Positions 1-7,661 of a stretch of DNA of 64,000 nt are shown one piece after another. The stretch is from sequence record PQ850593.1; one strand, given 5' to 3'. Position 1 is the stretch's first letter; each line of letters begins with the position of its first letter. A program made the position numbers and the translations under genes. This DNA is from Escherichia phage AidaStucki_Bas93. The notes under the pieces were generated by a model, which was not told where the DNA came from, did no database searches, and worked only from the letters and a program-made list of their open reading frames with translations.

Positions 1-1542
1 ATGTCATTAGATAAACAAATTTATGAAGCTCTAACTGGTAACAACCTTAGTGTAGACGAAAAGAAAGCACTATTGAATATGTTGAAAGAGCGTGACCAAT
101 GGAGGAAGTATAATAAGATTTTGTCTTTCAAGGCGTATGACTTCCAAAAGAAATTTTATGCAGCAGGATTGAATCATCGCTTCAGATTCTTGTGTGCAGC
201 GAACCGTGTTGGTAAATCTTATAGCGAGGCATACGAGTTTGCTTGTCATGTCACAGGTCGCTACCCAACTTGGTGGACAGGGTATAAATTTAAAAGACCT
301 ATCTTAGCATGGGCAGTTGGTATTACAGGGGATTCAACAAGGAAGGTATTGCAAAAGGAGTTGTTTGGTACACCTATCGGAAAGGATACAAATTTATTAG
401 GGACAGGTGTCATTCCTCGTGATGCTATCGTCATTGATACGATAGAACGAGATGGTAACAAACTTCAAATCGTACAAATCAAACATCAAAATGAGAGAGG
501 AGAATTTGACGGTTTAAGTACATTAGAATTCCGTTCAACCCAACAGGGTGAACACACATTGATGGGTGCAACAGTTGACTACATTTGGTTAGACGAGGAA
601 GATCCATACGAGTCTATGGCTATATTCGCACAGTGCGTCACACGTACACTCACAACTAAAGGTCTAGTTACAATTACAGCTACACCAGAGAATGGTTTAA
701 CTGAACTGGTAGATAAATTTATGAAAGGTGAAGGAGATGAGAACACAGGTTCTCTATATTTCCAGAATGCTTCTTGGTGGGATGCTCATGTAGACCTAGG
801 TGGACACATCACTGACCAAGATATAAAAGATATGACTGAAGGTATTCCAGCGTGGCAGTTAGAGATGCGTTCAAAAGGTATGCCATTGTTAGGAAGTGGT
901 TTGATTTATGATATATCGGATGACATAATTAAATGTGAACCATTCGAAATTCCTGATACGTGGAAACGTGTCTGTGCAATTGATATTGGTATTGATCACC
1001 CAACTGCTGCTGTTTGGACAGCTTACGACGCAAACACGGATACTATCTATGTCTACGACTCATATAAAGAAGGTGGCTTTACTCCAGTGTATCATGCTCC
1101 AGCTATTAATGGTCGTGGTCAGTGGATTCCTGTCATCCTGCCGCATGATGCGGACAATATTGAGAAAGGTAGTGGTTCATCTGTTGCTCAATTCTATAAG
1201 AATGCAGGGGTTAATGTACAGAGTGAGACCTTCTACAACAAAATTGGAATGGATGGTAAAAAGAACTTCTTTGTAGAACCGGGAATCACAGATATCCGAG
1301 AAAGAATGATGAGTGGACGCTTTAAAATCTTTAACACAGCCGCTAACGCTAAGCTATTCGAAGAGAAAGCTAGATATCACCGTAAGGTTGGTAAGATTAT
1401 TAAAGAACACGATGACTTAATGGATGCAATGCGCTATTCAGCGTGTTCCGTTACACATCGTGGTCGCTCTAAGCATGATGCTAGCTACGGAAGCGCTTCT
1501 TTGTATGAGGCAAACGTAAGCAGATGGAATCAGAGCTACTAA
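1..1542 (+). CDS. terL: terminase large subunit
   Basis: 513 aa. Walker A-like AANRVGKS and Walker B-like IWLDEED, with a C-terminal nuclease-like half. First gene of the head module, directly upstream of the portal. The ORF begins at window base 1, so the true start could lie upstream. Confidence 0.88.
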   Translation: MSLDKQIYEALTGNNLSVDEKKALLNMLKERDQWRKYNKILSFKAYDFQKKFYAAGLNHRFRFLCAANRVGKSYSEAYEFACHVTGRYPTWWTGYKFKRPILAWAVGITGDSTRKVLQKELFGTPIGKDTNLLGTGVIPRDAIVIDTIERDGNKLQIVQIKHQNERGEFDGLSTLEFRSTQQGEHTLMGATVDYIWLDEEDPYESMAIFAQCVTRTLTTKGLVTITATPENGLTELVDKFMKGEGDENTGSLYFQNASWWDAHVDLGGHITDQDIKDMTEGIPAWQLEMRSKGMPLLGSGLIYDISDDIIKCEPFEIPDTWKRVCAIDIGIDHPTAAVWTAYDANTDTIYVYDSYKEGGFTPVYHAPAINGRGQWIPVILPHDADNIEKGSGSSVAQFYKNAGVNVQSETFYNKIGMDGKKNFFVEPGITDIRERMMSGRFKIFNTAANAKLFEEKARYHRKVGKIIKEHDDLMDAMRYSACSVTHRGRSKHDASYGSASLYEANVSRWNQSY

Positions 1543-1546
1543 AGTA

Positions 1547-1576
1547 AGGGGAGGTTTGTCCTCCCTTCTTTTATTT
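1547..1576 (+). terminator. putative Rho-independent terminator or attenuator after terL
   Basis: 8-bp GC-rich stem (aaggggagg/cctccctt), 5-nt loop, then cttttattt. Confidence 0.45.
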
Positions 1577-1602
1577 AAGCTATCAACCGAGGGAGAGAAT
1601 AG

Positions 1603-3846
1603 ATGGCTAAGCAAAAATATAGTGAAGAGGTGTTGGACGAGTTACGTGTTGACCTTCAACGTCGTTTTAATTACGCTCAAGGTTACGTTGACATGGCTGT
1701 TAAGGGCTATGCTCGTGAAGCTTGGGAATATTTCTATGGTAACTTACCTGCACCAGTAACTGCTGGCAGCTCTAGTTGGGTAGATCGTACTGTTTGGGAG
1801 TCTGTTAACGGTACGCTGCAAGATATTATTAACGTATTCTGTTCTGGTGATGAAGCAGTTATTTTCGTAGCTGATAACCAACAGGATTCTGATGCTGCTG
1901 ACGTAGCAACTAAATTAGTTAATCAAATTCTTCTGCGTGATAATCCGGGATACAACATTATCTCTTCTGCTGCACAAGAATGTCTGGTTACTCGTAACTC
2001 TTTTATCAAATATTATTGGGATGAGCACACTTCTACCCAAACCGAAGAAGCTGAAGGTGTACCACCGGAGGCATTGGCTGCATATGTTCAGGGATTAGAA
2101 GCTGGTGGACTCAAGAATCTGGAAATCTTCACTGAAGAAAACGAAGATGGTACAGTAGATGTTAAAGTTACTTATGAACAAACTGTTAAACGTGTGAAAG
2201 TTGAATATGTTCCTTCAGAGCAAATCTTTGTTGACGAACATGCTACCTCTTTTGCAGATGCACAATATTTCTGTCATCGTGTACGTCGTTCTAAAGAAGA
2301 TCTGGTTGCTATGGGCTTCCCTAAAGACGAGATTGAAGCATTCAACGACTGGACAGATACGATGGATACCACTCAATCTACAGTTGCTTGGTCTCGTACT
2401 GACTGGCGTCAGGACATTGATGCTGACATTGGTACAGATACCGAAGATATCGCTTCTATGGTTTGGGTTTATGAGCACTACATCCGTACTGGTGTTCTAG
2501 ATAAGAATAAAGAGTCTAAACTCTATCAGGTTATTCAAGCTGGTGAGCATATCCTTCACACTGAAGAAGTAACTCATATTCCGTTTGTAACCTTCTGCCC
2601 ATATCCGATTCCGGGTTCCTTCTATGGTCAGTCAGTCTATGACATTACGAAAGATATTCAGGATTTACGTACCGCGTTAGTTCGTGGTTATATTGATAAC
2701 GTCAACAATGCTAACTATGGTCGATACAAAGCACTCGTTGGTGCATACGATCGTCGCTCTCTGCTTGATAATCGTCCCGGTGGAGTGGTTGAAATGGAAC
2801 GTCAGGACGCTATTGACCTGTTCCCATACCATAACCTACCTCAAGGTATTGACGGCCTATTAGGTATGTCTGAGGAGCTTAAAGAGACACGTACTGGTGT
2901 AACTAAACTTGGCATGGGTATCAACCCTGACGTGTTTAAGAATGATAACGCTTATGCAACTGTAGGCTTGATGATGAATGCTGCACAGAACCGTCTCCGT
3001 ATGGTATGTCGTAATATTGCTCACAACGGCATGGTTGAATTGATGCGTGGTATTTACAACCTTGTCAGAGAAAACGGTGAAGTTCCTATTGAGGTACAAA
3101 CCCCTCGTGGTATGGTTCAGGTAAATCCGAAACAATTACCAGCTCGTCACAATCTTCAAGTTGTGGTAGCTATTTCTCCTAATGAGAAAGCAGAACGTGC
3201 ACAGAAATTAATTAGCTTGAAACAGCTGATTGCAGCAGATGCACAGTTAGCACCTCTCTTTGGTTTGGAGCAAGACCGTTACATGACTGCACAGATCTTT
3301 GAGTTGATGGGTATTAAGGACACTCATAAGTACTTACTGCCTCTGGAACAGTATCAGCCTCCTGAGCCGTCTCCGATGGAAATCCTCCAGCTCGAGATGA
3401 CTAAAGCACAGGTTGAGAACGTACAGGCTTCCTCTCAGAAAATGATTGCTGATGCATTCGACCAACGTGAACGTACTACATTCGAACAGCAGAAAGCTGC
3501 GGATGAGTTAAGTCTGCGTCAGGAAGAGTTGCAGTTCAAGCAAGAAAATGCAGCAGATGCTATGACTCTGGAAAACCGTAAAGAAGATAACAATGCAACT
3601 CTGGAACAAGCAAAGCACAAGTTAGCTCTTATGCAACAGCAGGTCCGTCAGTATGAGTCTGTACTGAAAGAATTGCAGATGGTTATGGAGCATCAGGTAG
3701 ACCAAGAGAAGATTGTTCAGCAATTTCGTGTTCAGGATAAAACTTTGGAACTCCAAAAGAAAGAAGCTAATGTAACTAAGAAAGAGCAACAAGCCTCTCT
3801 CAAAGATTCACGGATTCCAGGCAAACGTCTTGGAAGTAAAAAGTAA
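1603..3846 (+). CDS. portal protein
   Basis: 747 aa. Lies immediately after terL, has portal-typical size, and ends in a long Q/E/K-rich helical tail. SD gagggagag lies upstream. Confidence 0.85.
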   Translation: MAKQKYSEEVLDELRVDLQRRFNYAQGYVDMAVKGYAREAWEYFYGNLPAPVTAGSSSWVDRTVWESVNGTLQDIINVFCSGDEAVIFVADNQQDSDAADVATKLVNQILLRDNPGYNIISSAAQECLVTRNSFIKYYWDEHTSTQTEEAEGVPPEALAAYVQGLEAGGLKNLEIFTEENEDGTVDVKVTYEQTVKRVKVEYVPSEQIFVDEHATSFADAQYFCHRVRRSKEDLVAMGFPKDEIEAFNDWTDTMDTTQSTVAWSRTDWRQDIDADIGTDTEDIASMVWVYEHYIRTGVLDKNKESKLYQVIQAGEHILHTEEVTHIPFVTFCPYPIPGSFYGQSVYDITKDIQDLRTALVRGYIDNVNNANYGRYKALVGAYDRRSLLDNRPGGVVEMERQDAIDLFPYHNLPQGIDGLLGMSEELKETRTGVTKLGMGINPDVFKNDNAYATVGLMMNAAQNRLRMVCRNIAHNGMVELMRGIYNLVRENGEVPIEVQTPRGMVQVNPKQLPARHNLQVVVAISPNEKAERAQKLISLKQLIAADAQLAPLFGLEQDRYMTAQIFELMGIKDTHKYLLPLEQYQPPEPSPMEILQLEMTKAQVENVQASSQKMIADAFDQRERTTFEQQKAADELSLRQEELQFKQENAADAMTLENRKEDNNATLEQAKHKLALMQQQVRQYESVLKELQMVMEHQVDQEKIVQQFRVQDKTLELQKKEANVTKKEQQASLKDSRIPGKRLGSKK

Positions 3847-3855
3847 GGACGTCGA

Positions 3856-4092
3856 ATGAACATTAGGCATCAATTCAATAAAGAGCACGCCGCCGCTTTG
3901 GCGGCTCTCAACCTTAACGGCAGTCTTGACGCAGCATTAGAGGCATTGAAAGAGAGACTCATGACAGAAATAGTTCAAACTGAACCTCATGAGAATAAGA
4001 AACGCGAAGATTGTTATCAAAAGTATAAAATGGTGGGTAGCTTAAAAGAGGTCATAAAAGCTGCTATCAATAGTGCAGGAGATGTTTCATAA
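3856..4092 (+). CDS. hypothetical head-module protein
   Basis: 78 aa. Lies between portal and scaffold; its stop overlaps the next start (ATAATG). Confidence 0.5.
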   Translation: MNIRHQFNKEHAAALAALNLNGSLDAALEALKERLMTEIVQTEPHENKKREDCYQKYKMVGSLKEVIKAAINSAGDVS

Positions 4093-5177
4093 TGCCACAA
4101 GATAATTATATTGACCCGAACGATTTTAAATCTTTCCTCCAACTGGATGACCTGAAGGGTTCTTTCAAAGAAGAACTTGGTCGATTAGAATCTGAACAAG
4201 AACCAGAAGTGGACATTGACGATGAGTTCCCGGAAAAAGATGGTGACGATTTCGACTTTGATACCGACCTTCTCGGTGAAAGCGATGAGCTTAAGTTCGA
4301 AGATGAAGATGGTTGGGAAGATCGTGATGAGGAAGGCGAAGTCGAAGAAGATGGGGACAACTCTGACGAAGGTGATGAAAACGCTGAAGTAGAAGAGGAA
4401 GACTCAAGCGATGCAGGATATGGAGATGATTCTGCTGACGGTGAAGGTGAAGTCTTTGATGTAGACTATGAAACCGTTATCACCCTTCCTGATGGACGTG
4501 AGATGACTATTGAAGAACTCTCCAATGGCTATCTTACTGGTGCTGATATGGCTGAACGTGAGACTACTCTTCAGCGTCACATGGAAGCATTTGAGGAACG
4601 TGTAGTAGGTTTGAAGGATGTATTAGAATTAGCGTCTTTAGAAGCAGACCGAGTAATTGAGGATTACAACGGTTTTGATTGGGACAAGCTTGCAGTAGAA
4701 GATCCTCAAGCATATGTTGAAAACAAACGTTTCCTAGAGAAGTATACAGCTCGTCGTAACCAGCTTGAACAGGCTCAGATCCGTATTAAGCAGGAAGCAG
4801 CAGCTAAAGAGCAGGAAGCTTTCCAAGCCAAGAGCATTGAATGTGTTAATATTCTGAAACGTGAGATTCCAAATTGGGATGAAAACTTATATCAAAACTT
4901 AATGCAATACGCAATTGACTTAGGTGCTACTGAAGAAGAAGTATTGAAGGAAAACCGTCCGTCTATTTTCCTAGCCCTTCACAAAGCATACCAATTTGAT
5001 AAAGGTAAGCAGCAGGTGATGGCTAAGATTAAACGTCCCGGTGCTCCACGCAAGGTTGTGAAGTCTGATGCTGCAAAGTCTCGCACTTCCAATAAGCCAG
5101 ACAACGCTAAGGTTGCCAAGGCATTCGCAGAGGGTCGCGTTAGTCACGAAGACGCATTCAAATTCCTCGTAGATTAA
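4092..5177 (+). CDS. scaffolding protein (putative)
   Basis: 361 aa. Very acidic D/E-rich N-terminal third followed by a helical, coiled-coil-like region. Lies directly upstream of the major capsid gene. Confidence 0.6.
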   Translation: MPQDNYIDPNDFKSFLQLDDLKGSFKEELGRLESEQEPEVDIDDEFPEKDGDDFDFDTDLLGESDELKFEDEDGWEDRDEEGEVEEDGDNSDEGDENAEVEEEDSSDAGYGDDSADGEGEVFDVDYETVITLPDGREMTIEELSNGYLTGADMAERETTLQRHMEAFEERVVGLKDVLELASLEADRVIEDYNGFDWDKLAVEDPQAYVENKRFLEKYTARRNQLEQAQIRIKQEAAAKEQEAFQAKSIECVNILKREIPNWDENLYQNLMQYAIDLGATEEEVLKENRPSIFLALHKAYQFDKGKQQVMAKIKRPGAPRKVVKSDAAKSRTSNKPDNAKVAKAFAEGRVSHEDAFKFLVD

Positions 5178-5218
5178 TCGACAAATTAATTATTTAATAG
5201 TATAGGAGCTAACATAAC

Positions 5219-6280
5219 ATGGCTAATCCAACTTTATTTGTATCGTATGACCAGAATGGTAAAAAACTTTCTTTTGCTAACTGGATTTCTGTTCTGTCCC
5301 CTCAGGATACCCCGTTCGTATCTATGACCGGTAAAGAGTCTATCAACCAGACTATCTTTAGCTGGCAGACCGATGCACTGGCAAGCGTTGACGGTAATAA
5401 CGCACACGTCGAAGGCTCTCGTGCTGAAGACGGCGAAATGAAACCGACTGTTATCAAATCTAACGTTACTCAGATTCTGCGTAAGGTTGTTCGTGTTTCT
5501 GATACTGCTAACACCACCGCTAACTACGGTCGTGGTCGTGAACTGATGTATCAGCTGGAGAAGAAAGGTAAAGAGATCAAGCGTGACCTCGAGAAAATCC
5601 TTCTGTCCGGTCAGGCTCGTACCGATGTTCTGGCTGACCAATACCTGACTAACTCCGCAACTGATCCTGCAGCTGTTGGTCTGAACGACACCCACGCAGC
5701 TCGTAAGACTGGTGCTTTCCAGTTCCTGTGTGCACACAACGGTGTTTCTGCTGGTGTTGTTAAGAAAGAAAATGGCCCTGCTGATCCGGATACTGGTGCA
5801 GTAACTGTTAAAGTTGCACAGAATGCTTCTAACCCGACCACTAACGTTGGTTTTGATGAAGCTGATATCTTTGATATGACTCTGCAACTGTACACTGCTG
5901 GTTCTGAAGCAGATATCATCATGATCAACCCTGCTCATGCTAAGATCTTCGCTGGTCTGCAAGAAAACACTCAGGGTTCACGTAAGCGTATCTTTGAGAA
6001 CACCAAGCAGTTCATCTACGAAGTTAACAGCATCACTGACCCGCTGGGCCAGAACTACAAAATCATCGTTAACCGTTGGATGCCTACCGATGCAGTTTAC
6101 TTCTTCCGTAGCGCTGACTGGACTCAGATGGTCCTGCGTGCTCCGAAACGTACTGAACTGGCAAAAGATGGTTCTTATGAGAAGTGGATGATTGAAATGG
6201 AAGTTGGTCTGCGTCACCGCAACCCTTATGCTTCCGGAGTTCTGTTCACTGCTGCGGGAAAGTTGGATCCGCAACAGTAG
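5219..6280 (+). CDS. major capsid protein (SU10/phiEco32-type, HK97 fold)
   Basis: 353 aa. N-terminal ISVLSPQDTPF motif as I recall for this capsid family. Highly biased codon usage, strong SD (taggag), and position after the scaffold gene. Confidence 0.85.
   Translation: MANPTLFVSYDQNGKKLSFANWISVLSPQDTPFVSMTGKESINQTIFSWQTDALASVDGNNAHVEGSRAEDGEMKPTVIKSNVTQILRKVVRVSDTANTTANYGRGRELMYQLEKKGKEIKRDLEKILLSGQARTDVLADQYLTNSATDPAAVGLNDTHAARKTGAFQFLCAHNGVSAGVVKKENGPADPDTGAVTVKVAQNASNPTTNVGFDEADIFDMTLQLYTAGSEADIIMINPAHAKIFAGLQENTQGSRKRIFENTKQFIYEVNSITDPLGQNYKIIVNRWMPTDAVYFFRSADWTQMVLRAPKRTELAKDGSYEKWMIEMEVGLRHRNPYASGVLFTAAGKLDPQQ
6256..6262 (+). promoter_or_regulatory. candidate -1 programmed ribosomal frameshift heptamer G GGA AAG
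   Basis: X XXY YYZ heptamer in the capsid zero frame, 16 nt before the capsid stop. The -1 frame is open from 6196 and runs into the Ig-like ORF. Confidence 0.5.
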
Positions 6281-6285
6281 ACAGT

Positions 6286-6798
6286 GTGACTGTTAGCCCT
6301 GCGTCTGTAGAAAGTCTAGAGACAGGGGCTACTCAGCAGTTTACTGCAAGCGCTGAGAAGAGTGACGGCTCTACCGAAACAACTGGCTTTACTTGGTCAG
6401 TAACAGGAGGCGGTTCTATCACTCAGTCTGGTTTGTATACTGCTCCGAGTGCGGCTCAATCCACTGATGTATCCATTACTGCGACTTTAGAGGGTGTTTC
6501 TGGTACAGCAACCATTTCTGAAATTGTTGATCCTGCCCCTACTATTGTAGCTAAGGGTCCAATTACAGGTAAAACTGGTGGTTCTTCCACTAACTTCACT
6601 ACCATGTTTACTGTAACTAATTCTACTGCTGCGGATTACACGTTTGTTGTAACCCCTGCAGAAGCTGGTACAGTAAGCGCTGCTGGTGCGTTAACCTTAG
6701 ATGATGCTGCAAGTGGCGAAGTTACTGTTCAAGCAAGTTTGACAGCTGACCCGTCCATCAATGCAACATGCACTTTTACTGGTGTAACACCTGCTTAA
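6286..6798 (+). CDS. tandem Ig-like (Big_2-type) domain ORF, probably a C-terminal extension of the capsid protein
   Basis: 170 aa starting VTVSPASVESLETGATQQFTA (Big_2 signature). Its only start is a GTG with no SD, 6 nt after the capsid stop. The domain signature (ATVDSVTVSP) continues upstream of that GTG in the same frame. Confidence 0.7.
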   Translation: MTVSPASVESLETGATQQFTASAEKSDGSTETTGFTWSVTGGGSITQSGLYTAPSAAQSTDVSITATLEGVSGTATISEIVDPAPTIVAKGPITGKTGGSSTNFTTMFTVTNSTAADYTFVVTPAEAGTVSAAGALTLDDAASGEVTVQASLTADPSINATCTFTGVTPA

Positions 6799-6805
6799 AA
6801 CTAGA

Positions 6806-6829
6806 CCCTGCCTTCGGGCGGGGTTTTTT
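6806..6829 (+). terminator. Rho-independent terminator
   Basis: ccctgcc-ttcg-ggcgggg stem (UUCG loop) followed by tttttt. Confidence 0.7.
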
Positions 6830-6857
6830 CGTTTTAAGACCTATACAAGCCAGCGTG

Positions 6858-6866
6858 TAATGTATA
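6858..6866 (+). promoter_or_regulatory. TAATGTATA element (phage-sigma-type middle/late promoter)
   Basis: Exact TAATGTATA 34 nt upstream of the 6900 start and just after a terminator. It matches the consensus I recall for phiEco32 gp36 holoenzyme promoters. Confidence 0.6.
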
Positions 6867-6899
6867 TTCTTTGTCTACATATAACAAGGAGGACAACCT

Positions 6900-7652
6900 A
6901 TGGCAATGCCAGATGTTCAATACCCCATCAATACCTATGGGTGGCTAAAGAAGGCCGTGGCCCTCTGGGCAGATAGGGACGATGACGAATTTGTTAATCA
7001 AATTCCAAACTTTATTAACTTTGCAGAGAAAGAGATTTATCGTAACTTACGTATCCCTCCTCTGGAAAAAGAAGTGTACTTAGATATTAAAGATGGAGTA
7101 GCTTACATTCCTCCTGATTACTTAGAAGCTCAATGGATGATGAGAGCCAAAGATGGTACAATCTTCCAAGTAACATCTCCTGAAGAGATTAGCTATCGTA
7201 GACAGCATGGAACAATTAACCCATCTCATTGGAATAACCAACCTGTTAACTTTGCTCGTTTCGGTAGTCGTTTCATTTTCTACCCTAGCATCGAAGCAGA
7301 CACTCCGTACTATCCTGATGATGGAAGTCCTTTGATTCCAGCAGAAAACTCAGTAATTCTTAGTTATTATGCAGACCCACCGGAATTTCATGAAGATACA
7401 GATACCAGTGCTATCCTTACTATTGCACCAGAACTTCTTCTGTATTTCACTCTACGTCATGCTTGCTTGTTTGTTCAAGATGATAATGGAGTTCAGAAAT
7501 GGTCAGCATTAGGGAAAGCTATCCTTGATGAAATGGTAGAACAGAATAAGAAACAAGAGTACTCAGGTTCACCTATCGCAATTCCGAATAACATGACTCG
7601 ACTTCAGAGCAGCTTGCCTGATATTTATGGTATTCGTACTTCTCGTGTATAA
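6900..7652 (+). CDS. virion structural protein (possible head-tail adaptor)
   Basis: 250 aa. First gene after the capsid operon terminator and promoter. N-terminal region resembles head-tail connector/adaptor families. The function call is weak. Confidence 0.4.
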   Translation: MAMPDVQYPINTYGWLKKAVALWADRDDDEFVNQIPNFINFAEKEIYRNLRIPPLEKEVYLDIKDGVAYIPPDYLEAQWMMRAKDGTIFQVTSPEEISYRRQHGTINPSHWNNQPVNFARFGSRFIFYPSIEADTPYYPDDGSPLIPAENSVILSYYADPPEFHEDTDTSAILTIAPELLLYFTLRHACLFVQDDNGVQKWSALGKAILDEMVEQNKKQEYSGSPIAIPNNMTRLQSSLPDIYGIRTSRV

Positions 7653-7661
7653 GGAGATAAT

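Noticed and set aside
5234-5962. A 242-aa ORF antisense to the major capsid gene, plus the nested 5611-5928 and 5978-6274 ORFs.
   Set aside because: It lies entirely inside a strongly supported, codon-biased capsid gene on the opposite strand. It is Ser/Thr/Cys-rich low-complexity sequence with no SD. This is typical shadow-ORF behaviour.
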